A DNA stretch of 64,000 bases from Neodothiora populina (Eukaryota). Below, one piece after another: positions 12,228 to 22,636 of the stretch. The notes beneath the pieces were generated by a model that made no database searches, was not told where the DNA came from, and saw only the letters and a list, made by a program, of their open reading frames with translations. Every line of letters starts with the position of its first letter. Within the stretch, counting starts at the first letter, position 1. Both the position numbers and the translations under genes were made by a program. The DNA is taken from the NCBI RefSeq assembly GCF_041146345.1, contig NW_027191407.1, positions 310,001 through 374,000 on the forward strand, read 5' to 3'.

Positions 12228-13814
12228 ATGTCACTCAACAGACCTCTATTCACACTGAAGAGTGTTGCTAGCGCTGCATACATCCTTCTTCTTTCCGGCG
12301 TCGCCCACGCCCATTCTTGGGTTGAGGAGATGCAGGCCATCGGCAACAACGGATCGTACACTGGCGACTACGGCTATACTCGTGGATATGTTGCTCGCAC
12401 TGACCCTGGATTCAACGGCGATTCGGTCGACTACCTTCTGCCTCCTCTTGCTTCGGGCCGTACTCGCATAGATCAAAGTGATCTCCTGTGCCATCCTGAC
12501 CAGCGCACATCAAACTACAGCGACAAATACCCGCGCCTTGAGATCACTGCAAATGGCTACTTCGCCATGAAGTATCTTGAGAACGGCCACGTCACTCTTC
12601 CCGACACTCAAGCAGGCAAGCCAAAGGCCGGAGGAACGGTCTTTATCTACGCCACTACCAAGCCATCCGATACCGAAGAGATTGTCGATGTGCTCAAGTG
12701 GACAAGCAGTGGCGACGGCGGAGATAAGCGTGGCAGTCTGATCGCAAGCAACAATTTCGACGACGGACGATGCCATCAGCTGAACTCCGGCGAACTCTCA
12801 CAGCAGCGTCAGGCCAAGTTCCCTGACCGAGTGGCTCGACAACCTACTTCTCAGATCGAGCAGTGGTGTGAGTCCGACGTGCAGATTCCTGCTTCCATCG
12901 CACACGCCGGCGATATCTTGACTCTTTACTGGGTGTGGCAGTGGCCTACAGCCCCTGGTGCCGATCCAGTCTACCCTACTGGCAAGGACGAGTACTACAC
13001 TTCTTGTGCAGAAGTGAAGATCGTCGACGATTTGTCTCATGCTGCACCTGTGCACGCCCTTGTGCAGCAAGATCCCCAGACCAACGCAGTCAGTGATTAC
13101 AAGAGTAGGACTGCCTACACCACTTTTCCATCTGTCACCCTTGCGAGTGCGACGGGTGGTGGCTATGGCTCTGCATCTACCGCGTCGTCGTCATATGCAT
13201 CTTACTCTTCGTCTTCTTCCGTGGACGGCTCTTCTGCATATGCCGCTGGCTCCACGACGACGGCTATGGCGACAGCCTCTACCTCGCCTTACAACGCAGG
13301 CTCTTCGGCGTCTCCTACCGTCGTGAACAGCCTGCCGTACATCACCTACTCGCTGTCCTACCTGCCGACATTCACGACATCCGCCGTCGTAGCCCTTGGC
13401 TCTTCTGACGTAGCCTCATCAAGCTCTTACATGTCGTCGGCTACAGGCTACTCAAACTCGACAAGCACATACTCCCACGGCCGCCATCACCACACTCACG
13501 GCACCGGCAACGACCATACCGTGACGGAAACAGTTACGGCATACATGACGCTCTCGCCGAAGACACCCGACCCTCAGGTGGCCGCACTCAACACTGCCCA
13601 GTCCGAAGCGTCCACTGTTGTCGCCACGGCCACAGCGACTGCTATCGACGTCGTCACGGCAACTGCTACTGCTACGGCCACGGTGGCGGACTTGTCATCG
13701 TCAACATCATCATCATCGTCCACGGCAGAGGCTTGCGCAAGCGCTGGTATCACAGGTCTTGGATCATACAGACGCAACTCGGCGAAGTTCAGACATCGTC
13801 GTCGTCGGGATTAG
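12228..13814 (+). CDS. Secreted protein with mature N-terminal His (LPMO-like histidine-brace candidate) and Ser/Thr/Ala-rich tail
   Basis: Single-exon 528-aa ORF; signal peptide ending AHA|HSWVEE; YLENGHVT, TLYWVWQW and DEYYTSCAEVKI motifs; low-complexity S/T region from about aa 300. Confidence 0.85.
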   Translation: MSLNRPLFTLKSVASAAYILLLSGVAHAHSWVEEMQAIGNNGSYTGDYGYTRGYVARTDPGFNGDSVDYLLPPLASGRTRIDQSDLLCHPDQRTSNYSDKYPRLEITANGYFAMKYLENGHVTLPDTQAGKPKAGGTVFIYATTKPSDTEEIVDVLKWTSSGDGGDKRGSLIASNNFDDGRCHQLNSGELSQQRQAKFPDRVARQPTSQIEQWCESDVQIPASIAHAGDILTLYWVWQWPTAPGADPVYPTGKDEYYTSCAEVKIVDDLSHAAPVHALVQQDPQTNAVSDYKSRTAYTTFPSVTLASATGGGYGSASTASSSYASYSSSSSVDGSSAYAAGSTTTAMATASTSPYNAGSSASPTVVNSLPYITYSLSYLPTFTTSAVVALGSSDVASSSSYMSSATGYSNSTSTYSHGRHHHTHGTGNDHTVTETVTAYMTLSPKTPDPQVAALNTAQSEASTVVATATATAIDVVTATATATATVADLSSSTSSSSSTAEACASAGITGLGSYRRNSAKFRHRRRRD

Positions 13815-15305
13815 AGAGTCAGGCTGGCCATGTTTTCCTCTGCTTTTTTTCCTTTTATTTTTGTCTGCCTTTCTCATGTTTCTTCTGAAATTGGGGAATG
13901 GTGGGATCGGCGTTGTTGTTTTCTCTCATAGGCGTTATGGGGTAGGGAGTTTGGCTTTTGGTGACGGTGGTTGATCTACGCATACAAATGCCCGCTTCTG
14001 AACTTCTCTTCTCTCACTTTTTCCTTTTGAGCTTCATATTCTGCGAGTGGGCCAGCGACGGAGGAAAAAGACGTAGAGATGGAGCACCGGCCGGGCAGTC
14101 CATCACAGGTGATGGATGGGACAGATTCTGCTTCCCTCATCTTTCACTCCATTGGGCTTCTAGTCAGAAAGAAATCAAGAATAGAAAAGAATAAAAACAA
14201 TAAAAAAAAAAGTGAAGAGAAAGCTCCAAGAAGATGCAAAGTCAAGTGTCTCGACTGAAGACCCCCAGGGGCAGGGGAAGATCTCCTCGGGCTGATGAGT
14301 TGAGAATGGAACATATATACATGAATCCCCCTTTCGAGGGGAAAAAGAATCGAGAAAAGGAAGAATAGCATGAATAGGGAAATTGAATTTGAAACCACTC
14401 CCACACCATGAATCTTTGGCCCTCATCCTCCAGAGCGTGTGAGTATAGAAATTGCGTGACTTTTGCATCTCGCGGGACGACTTGCACTCTGTAAACAACC
14501 TGCACTCCATCAACACCGAGATGAAACTTATTGACCGGTAATATCAGGTAGTCAAGGTAGGTAGGTGCAGCAAGCACAGTAAGTCTGCAGATGCTTAGAT
14601 ATAGCAAGTAGGGTCCAGTAGTACGGAGGACCTTCGTACTGAGGTAGTAGACTAGGCCATCGAAGGTAAGGTGGTGTATAGCAATACACTCGAGGAGCGG
14701 ATGACATATGCGCCTTGTCCCACTTTACCTTAAGGTTGTTTTGAGATGAGGAGGGCACAGTAACCGCATGTCGGAAGAGCTTGGGAAGTGGCTCAGACAA
14801 GCACTTGTCATTCGCGGACGGGAAGTGCTGCAAAGAGCGGGGGTTACGTAAGGTAATGGAAGGTAGAGCATGCGGTGCTGTCGCGCTCCTTCCTTTTCTT
14901 GCGACCTAGCTTGTGAATTTAAGCGTTGCCTGGCCGAGGCCGTGAGTGGAGTAAGCACATATAGCTGAGCAGAGCGAATATGCTGTGAGGAAGAAGGAAA
15001 AAGCTGGGAAGGTAGATAAAAGCCAAAAGAATCATGTGCATGCATTTTATGATGTAGTATGTCCTTTACGATACACACACAGTCTCAAGACTTTGTCTCT
15101 CTGATCTCTCTCTCGCTCCCTCTCTGTCTCGGTCTCTCCAGTCGCCGATCGGCACTCCCTGCCACATCGGGGACCCGCCAAAAAAAATGTACAACTTCGT
15201 CTTCTTCTTTCGCTCGTTTCGGGGAAATTTCATGCGTGCGCTTGTTGTTAGGGGGGGGGGGGAAGGAACAAAAAGTGTGAAGTGGGATTTGCTCGCTAAC
15301 TGAAT

Positions 15306-16316
15306 CTATCTGTACTCGGGGCGCACAAAGTCGGCGAGGGTCTTGGGCTCGCCGTCGAAGTTGTGAGAGCCGTCGGTGTCGGCGTGGTCTTTTTGCTTTG
15401 TCAGTGTTGAGTTCTTGATCAAAAGAAAGAAAGAAAAGAAAACACATACGTCCGTGGTCGTGGTGACCGTGGCCGTCGTCCTGGGGTCCGACGTATTCCA
15501 TCTTGTAGACACCACCGCACTCGGGGCAGCGCTCGACGGGGCGGTCGCGGGAGGTGGTCAGCCAGATGACATTGTGGGTGTCGGCAGGGTAGCCGGTGCA
15601 GCCAAGGTACTGCTCGTCACCGTAGGACTTGACGACGATGGGGTTGTCGAGGGTTCCTTTCGAGTGCACATCAGTACATGTCTTTCTTCTCTTTTCCCAA
15701 GTCCTGTCCTCGAATCTCTTGCGCAAGACATGTCCACTCTTCGACATGCGACTGCTGGTGTTGGCTTCGAGAATTGGAGAAGGATGGACGAGGAAAAGAA
15801 GGGTCCTCGGCGGTGGTGTGATCTCACCCTTCCTGCTTGAGTCGAGGGGTCTCATGTCGAAAACATCAACACCCTGCATCTTTCCCAAGATTTCGAGACG
15901 CTCGAGACCGGTGGACTGGTCGAGATCGGTGGGGACGGTTCCCTCGGGGGCACCAGGGGGGAGAAGGTCGGCCTCGGAGGTGAGCTCTAGAGGAGACGCC
16001 ATGTGATTAGCCAATGGCCTGTGGTCTTTCAGTCATCGCAGACCCATGGCGCGCGCGACAGGGAGCATGGCGGCAGCGGCAGCGAGACGGAACGAGTTGG
16101 GAAGCATTACCCTCGAATGGCTTCATGGTCGTGCTGGACTGGTCCTTCTTGGCCTCGACTGCGCATAGTAGTAAGTCACTGGGAGCGTGGCAGCCATGTC
16201 TAGACAGAGCGAGAGGCCTTACAGCGAGTGATGGAGGAAGAGAAGGGACGGGCGACGACGGCAGGGCGGTAGACACCACGCCTGGCGATGGCGAGGGCGG
16301 AGCGACGAAGAAACAT
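15306..16316 (-). CDS. COX4: Cytochrome c oxidase subunit IV (yeast Cox4 / mammalian Vb), 5 exons
   Basis: Arg-rich presequence MFLRRSALAIARRGVYRP; GTVPTDLDQSTGLERLEILG; Zn ligands in GCTGYPADTH...RCPECG; four GT-AG introns. Confidence 0.95.
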
Positions 16317-16892
16317 GACGGCGATTGATTGTACAAGAAAGAGTCGTGCGATGGGATGCGCTACTTTGCGTTGCGTAGGTTGATTCTTGGTTTGGGACAA
16401 GCTCGTCGTCTTGTTGTCTCGTCTTGTGCTGCTCCGGAAGTTGCATGATTGCTGGCCTTGGCGCTGACCTTTAGCCCGGCAACCTCCGCTTGGTGCTGCT
16501 ACCTGTAGGTAGTCATGCTAGTCATGCTTCTGACTCTGTGATGCCAGGGCTATGCCGCGTGCATGACTCATGATATAATTCTTCCAGTTCTTGCCCTCGT
16601 GCCTCACAATTCATCCGTCCCTCTTTGACTGAACTGACATTTGTGTTCTCATCCCCGCAATAAACACCGACCAACATTATTTTCCGCCCTTCATCATTGG
16701 CTCACGCGCTCGACTACGTCCATGTCTTTATAGCGAAAAGTCATAGAGAGGAGCCTATCCACTGCACGATCCTTCGGGAGCAAAAAGTTGCGAGAGCACG
16801 AGCAGGAGCGAGGCTATCGATTGAAGCAGGGACAGAGTAAAGAGGAGGAGCGAGAAGCGAAAGGGAAGAAGCACGAGAGGGATAGAGAAGAG

Positions 16893-18011
16893 ATGGCGGG
16901 TCTCAAGCTGGAGGCCTCGAGCGAGGAGCTCTACGACAAATGTTACACGGCCACTCGCAAGTCGGCCGAGGGTCTGACCAAGATCTTCTCGCAGGAGGAG
17001 ATGCTCAAGTTCGCAAATGTCGAAACCACCGCCGCCCTCATGCCTTTGGTGCAGGGCTTGATGGATGCCCAACTGCTGCGCGTCCTCACGCTCGAGGGCA
17101 AGTACTGCTACGCGGTCAGACCGAGAGACGATGCTATCAAACTCAGCACTCTCGAAGAGCAGGAACTCATGGTCTACCAGCAGATCGAAAACAGTGGCAC
17201 CAACGGTATCTGGGTCAAGACTATCAAGCAACGCACCAATATCCACCAAACCGCCGTCACCAAATGCATGAAAACCCTCGAGGGCAAGAAGCTCGTCAAG
17301 CCCGTCAAGTCGATCAAAAATCCCACCCAGCGCATCTACATGCTGTCGCACCTGTCGCCGAACGAAGATGTCACCGGAGGTCCATGGTTCAGCGAGGGCG
17401 AGTTGGACATTGAACTTATCGCAGTCACCGCGGATGCTGTTGTTCACTTCATCGAGAAGAACAGCTGGAAGACCGTCAACATCAAGCGAGAACATCGCAG
17501 CCCCTCTCCCATCAGTATCGATGATCCCCCAGTCGGCAGCAAAAGGAGACGCCACGACGCTGGCGATATCGAAGGCATCCATCCCAAGTCCCAGAGCCGA
17601 GCCGCCTTCACGAGCCTCGAGCCCACCCAGATTTCCTATCCCGCAGGATATCGCAACTATCCCACCGTACACGCCATTAAGCATTTCATCGAGCAATCGG
17701 GCTTCTTGAAGAACGCTGCCGAGTTGACCATTGCCGACTTGCAGACCCTGCTTGATGTCTTGGTGTTTGACGAGCGCATCGAGAAGATCGGCGGCGGCTA
17801 CCGAACCGTCCGAGGCGTCTTCGGCGCCACCGAAGCCATGAAGAACATGATGGTCGGCAGAGCCGTCACCGACGCTGTCGAGGAGGGTGATATCGGCAAT
17901 GGCCTCAGTCAGGCTCCCTGCGGGCAATGTCCCGTCTTCAATCTCTGCCAAGAAGGCGGTCCTGTCAATGCGAGAAACTGCGAATACTTTGCGACTTGGC
18001 TAAGGACGTGA
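16893..18011 (+). CDS. RPC34: RNA polymerase III subunit C34/RPC6
   Basis: VYQQIENSGTNGIWVKTIK, VKSIKNPTQRIYML, VTGGPWFSEGELD; C-terminal Fe-S motif PCGQCPVFNLC...NCEYF; first ATG at 16893. Confidence 0.95.
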   Translation: MAGLKLEASSEELYDKCYTATRKSAEGLTKIFSQEEMLKFANVETTAALMPLVQGLMDAQLLRVLTLEGKYCYAVRPRDDAIKLSTLEEQELMVYQQIENSGTNGIWVKTIKQRTNIHQTAVTKCMKTLEGKKLVKPVKSIKNPTQRIYMLSHLSPNEDVTGGPWFSEGELDIELIAVTADAVVHFIEKNSWKTVNIKREHRSPSPISIDDPPVGSKRRRHDAGDIEGIHPKSQSRAAFTSLEPTQISYPAGYRNYPTVHAIKHFIEQSGFLKNAAELTIADLQTLLDVLVFDERIEKIGGGYRTVRGVFGATEAMKNMMVGRAVTDAVEEGDIGNGLSQAPCGQCPVFNLCQEGGPVNARNCEYFATWLRT

Positions 18012-18878
18012 TTCGTGTCGAGGAAAACTGGTTTCACAAAGCGAAGGAGTCATGAGGCGTTTGGAAACACGCATTTCTTGTCATTTGCAAATTTGCATCT
18101 GCTGGCGTTTATGTTGTCGACGTTGCACGCTGCTCAAGTGCTGAGCCCGAGCGTGATAGGTCATGGCAGGAGATTATATGAATCACTACGATCTCGTTCC
18201 ATGTTCGAGCCTTTGTTTTACTTGTGATTTCTGCGTCGCTGAATATCATATCCAGCTGTGGGACCCGATGCACCTTCGCATTTAGTGTTCAATCTGAACT
18301 TCCAAACGATGCAGTCGCTGGACCAGGCAAGCTACTGCCGAGGTTAGTATCCTGGCGAGTCCTTTCGTGAAGCTGATTTGCTCACTGGCATCCACCTTGA
18401 TGGCCGCGCCAAAAGACTCAACGTCACACTGCGCTCAATCCCTTCTCATGCGAATAGAATATAAAGCCAGCATTGACCTTCTGCAGTCGAACCGAGAAGA
18501 CTTTTTGTAATTCTCCAACTTCGACCTCCAACACTTTCACATTTTGCATTGTCCGGCACGGGAGCACATATACTATACGTCTTCATGTGACATGCACAGC
18601 GAGATCCGCACATGAGCCCATAGGGGAACCCTGTCCCGCCTACACAACCCATCGCGCCTTCACCCATCCTGTGTCTGCGCCACTCTCGAGCGGTTCGCTC
18701 TATGAACAACACCCTCATGCGGGCACGTTTCCCTTCTGTCCGACCCTGATCAGTCTTCGCCGCGAACGAAGCTTCCGGCAGTTCCGCCCAGCAAATGATA
18801 ATCTGGAAGAAGCCGAACCATTTTGTCGTCGCGCCATTGATTTCCGTTAAGGGAAATCCAAGCTACAACCTAAGCACT

Positions 18879-19052
18879 CAAAGGTACAGGCGAACTATTA
18901 CCGAGAGTCGAAAGACCCGAAACTCGGAAGCTCTGCCCAGACCGAGTTGCTCGCAAACCAACAAGTCGAAACGTTCAAAGGCAGAGGCGACTTATCTCCG
19001 AGGGTCGAAAGTCCCGAAGCTCGGAAGCTCTGGCCAGAACGAGCTGCCCGGG
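18879..19052. repeat. Imperfect direct duplication, period 97 bp
   Basis: ccgagagtcgaaagacccgaaactcggaagctctgcccagaccgagttgc (from 18901) vs ccgagggtcgaaagtcccgaagctcggaagctctggccagaacgagctgc (from 18998). Confidence 0.85.
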
Positions 19053-19562
19053 CGATAAGCCCACACGATACGTCACGCCCAAATTAAAAACACCCCGCTC
19101 TTATGGCGGGGCACCAGCATATGGCTGCAACGGATTTGGAATCATTGCATATTCAAGCACCTCTTTTGAACAACAAATGGCAATCCGATTGACTCAAGAT
19201 CTGCATAGGAGCAAGGGAGAAGGGGCGTAATTGGTAAACCGACGAGTAATCATGTCTGAACTGAAGGAAGCGGTCAAGCAACTACTGTACCGTTGTCATC
19301 CATGTAGGTAATGCGAGCCTGAGCACGCCGGCCCTTCGGACACTTGGCAGCCAGCTCAGTACGTGGAAGAACACGGAGAGCATGATGATGGGCAGTTTGC
19401 TGATGTCAACGGCGGGTTCGTATGGCTCGATTGGAAAAGGTCAAGTAGAGCTGTCCTCCCCTCCCATACTCGACTTCTTTCTATCATCCATCCTCATCAT
19501 CTTGTCTTCAATCAATATACTTCTCACCCAAACCAAAACCACCACCACCACCAAACATCAAA

Positions 19563-20329
19563 ATGACTAGCTACAACGGAGTCTGCCACTGCGGCCAAAC
19601 CGAGTGGGCCGCCACCCTCACCAAGGAGCAGTCCGGTCACATTCTCTGGTGAGCTCTTGGCGATGCTTGCTGCTTCCGAGTCTTGCAATCTGTATACTGA
19701 TTGTCAACACAGCCATTGCGACACCTGCAAGATCCTCAGCGGTGGTACCTACACCCTGAACCAGATCATCCCCAAGTCTTCTCTCAAGATCACCAAGGGT
19801 GCCGACTCGCTTAAGAAGTACACCTACCAGGGTGAATCAGGTAAGCAATTGACTTTTCTCGCTGCTTTCAATGCGACTCAAGACTTCCTCGAATCACCAC
19901 TCCATGCTGCGATATTTGACATCATCGACCCCACCCGCAAGAGAAAAGAGTATCTTGGAACAAACCGAGTCCAGCGCGGCCCTGAAGCTTTCACGCTCAT
20001 AGCAGCGCCCCTCACGGAATCGTCTCGTCCACCTCCAAATCCTACCCCGCACCACCACTCATACACGAAAACCTTACATATCCGCGGATCACAGCCCCTC
20101 ACTAACTTTCTCTCCAGGCAAGAACGTCAACTGCTACTACTGCCCCAACTGCACCACCCACGTCTACCACCACCAGGAGGTCGCCGGCCCTGACACCATC
20201 GTCCTGCGCACCGCTCCTCTCCCCGAGGGCCGCAAGACCTTCCAGCCTGCCGCCGAGATCTTCGGCAAGGACAGACTTCCCTGGGTGAAGGAGGTCGCCA
20301 CCACTTTCGCTATCCTTCCTCCTCAGTAA
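19563..20329 (+). CDS. GFA/Mss4-like (glutathione-dependent formaldehyde-activating, CENP-V) Zn-binding protein
   Basis: MTSYNGVCHCG...C|HCDTCK...GESG|KNVNCYYCPNC...AEIFGKDRLPWV; introns 19649-19712 and 19841-20117. Confidence 0.9.
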
Positions 20330-20902
20330 AATATTGGGGGGCTCAGGGGTCCATATGTGAAAGAGTCGTGGAGAATTAGTTGGTGAATACGTAGATATGA
20401 AAGGATAACATCTTTTGGTATCATCTTTTGCTGTCCGCAGGGTCTTCATAGGTGCAATGTAGATGTGAACGTGATCCTGCTTGTTTCCCTTGCCCAATCA
20501 ACCCTTCAACATACCTACTGGTCAAAACGACAGTCAACGATATGCAAATGACATGTTGCCCATTCATATTCGCATACTGTAGCTGCATTGATATCAAATA
20601 TCACATAGAATCTCGACTAAACTTTTGATATGTACAATATATACCGGATGCCCATTGCCCCAATATCCCATGCAAAAAGATTCCCGACGCCTTGCCTACT
20701 TGCTATGTAAAAGCACATTTTCGGGATCCAATCCTCCCTTCTTGGGATCCCATTCATATCTCCAAGCGAGTTCCTCTTCCACACCGGCTCTGCAATAACA
20801 CGCCGACACCCATCTTCTGTCTCTTTCGTGTTGGTTGGTATTTCTTTCTTTTCTTTTCTTTTCTTTATGCCAAAGCCACACCGAGCACTCAAAGCGAAAC
20901 GC

Positions 20903-22636
20903 TCAAGAAGTGCCATACCCTCTATGCCCGTGCTCCCTGACAGTGTCCTCAGCATCAGCACCAGGCATGAGCGTCTCGCGCGCCGCCTCGGCCTCGTCCT
21001 CGAGCCCATCTCTCTCCATGACCCTGCTCTCCCGCCAGACATAGCCCACGAGCACGACGCCGACGAGCAGCGCCGCCGAGAGCAAGATGACATTGACGGG
21101 CACGGGATCGTTCCTGAACTGCTTGTGCGTGAGCGCGTCCAGGCCCTGCGCTGAGAAGTTGAATAAGCCCGCAAGACAAATGATCAGGCCGTAGACCTTG
21201 CCGAAGGTCGCGAATCCGAATACTTTGGCGCTGTAGTCTGATACCGCGGTGTAGTAGAGCGGGCGGTAGACGACGAACAGGCAGATGTTGGCGTACGCGG
21301 CCCAGGTGTAGGGTAGAACGCCTAGGACGCCGATGCTAGTTGCGATGGCGACGAGGAGGCCGAGCACGAAGGGCGTCGAGGTGTGGTCTAGGACCAGCCC
21401 GATGAAGGGCACGGAGACGACGCCGCCGAGGGGTAGCGCCAGGTCGAAGAAGTCGTTTACCCGCTCTGCTTGCGTGGCCGAGTGCAGGATGTATTGGTAT
21501 TGCGTGCGGATCGTTGCCACGAAGTAGTTGATGCGCGTCATTTGCACGACGGTGAAGAGAGTGATTAGGATGAACCATGGGGTTAGGATCTGTTGTGCGG
21601 CGGTCTTGCCGTGGAGAGCGCCCCATACCCCTGAGATGTGCTGTTTCTTCTCTTCTTCGGCGGCGTGCTCGTCGCCGTCCTTGGTGCCGAGTAATTGGGT
21701 TATCTCTGACACGACCGATTCTCTGCGCTCGCGGCGTTCGTTGAGCAGAGCGTGGCGCGCAGCCTCGTCTGCGTCTGCGTCCATGGCGAGGTCGTCGTCG
21801 TCGGTCTCTTGTTCTGTCACTTGGTTGATCAACTCGCCAACCGTCTTGTAGGAGCTGCTGGGCATGAGGAAGATCTGCGCCACGAGAATAAAAGCCGGGA
21901 CAACGAGATAGACCAGGAAGAACTTCTTGGGCATGAAGCTGCCGTTGGTGGATTGGTAGATCAGGCGATACACGAGGAAAACGGCACTGCTGGTGTCGAA
22001 TGCGCCTGTCAAGAGTGCGAGGATGAGTCCGGAGTGTTTGGGGAAGGTGTTGCTCAACTGGAAGCTGGAGATGAAGACAAAAGGACCGCCGAGGGCAAGG
22101 AAGAGATATCCAGGAATGTAAGCATCGAACGAGTTCTTCAAGTCTTGGGCGAAGGCAAAGAACAGAGCGCCAGCGAACAGAAAAACGCATCCGATCATGC
22201 CAGCCACCCTGGGGCCATAGTGATCCAAGATTGTTCCCACGGGCAAAGCGCAGACATTCGTCGAAACCGCGGCGATGGTGAACATGAAGTTCAGACGCAG
22301 CTCCTGCTCATAACACACCCATACTCCGTTGTCCAGTTCTTCCTTTGTGCATTTGTCCCGGTAGACGCCTTCTTGGATCAGGACAGGCTTGATGGCTGCA
22401 TATCCAAACACCACACCTGCAGCGAACAAGCAATACAGAACCGCAACGGCAACCTGGGCTATCCTCTTGAATTTGCTGACTTCAAATGCTGCAATGGGTT
22501 CAACCTCATGTGCCTCTGGGGGATCCCATCTTCCGACCGGATTGAAAGACAATTTTCTGTTCTCCGAGTCTGCTGGAGACAAGTCTCGCCGCCGTGATAT
22601 CGACTCCATCGAGGATCGACGTTGATACAGAGACAT
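20903..22636 (-). CDS. FMP42: MFS transporter, Fmp42/SLC43 (LAT3)-like
   Basis: 577-aa single-exon ORF with about 12 hydrophobic segments; AGVVFGYAAIKPVL, LPVGTILDHYGPR, VFGFATFGKVYG. Confidence 0.85.
   Translation of the reverse strand: MSLYQRRSSMESISRRRDLSPADSENRKLSFNPVGRWDPPEAHEVEPIAAFEVSKFKRIAQVAVAVLYCLFAAGVVFGYAAIKPVLIQEGVYRDKCTKEELDNGVWVCYEQELRLNFMFTIAAVSTNVCALPVGTILDHYGPRVAGMIGCVFLFAGALFFAFAQDLKNSFDAYIPGYLFLALGGPFVFISSFQLSNTFPKHSGLILALLTGAFDTSSAVFLVYRLIYQSTNGSFMPKKFFLVYLVVPAFILVAQIFLMPSSSYKTVGELINQVTEQETDDDDLAMDADADEAARHALLNERRERRESVVSEITQLLGTKDGDEHAAEEEKKQHISGVWGALHGKTAAQQILTPWFILITLFTVVQMTRINYFVATIRTQYQYILHSATQAERVNDFFDLALPLGGVVSVPFIGLVLDHTSTPFVLGLLVAIATSIGVLGVLPYTWAAYANICLFVVYRPLYYTAVSDYSAKVFGFATFGKVYGLIICLAGLFNFSAQGLDALTHKQFRNDPVPVNVILLSAALLVGVVLVGYVWRESRVMERDGLEDEAEAARETLMPGADAEDTVREHGHRGYGTS

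Noticed and set aside
15085..16014. 309-aa single ORF as a distinct protein
   Set aside because: Artefact of reading through COX4 introns; the spliced model gives canonical Cox4.
16788..16892. Charged N-terminal extension of RPC34
   Set aside because: Starts at TTG in a purine-rich leader; the first ATG is at 16893.
16755..17951. 398-aa antisense ORF over RPC34
   Set aside because: In-register shadow of a codon-biased gene with no recognisable motifs. The same applies to antisense ORFs over the MFS, PLP-enzyme, peptidase and ENT3 genes.
18895..19030. Hammerhead ribozyme resemblance (hairpin followed by GAAAC)
   Set aside because: The required CUGANGA core is missing in both copies (ttaccga, tctccga).
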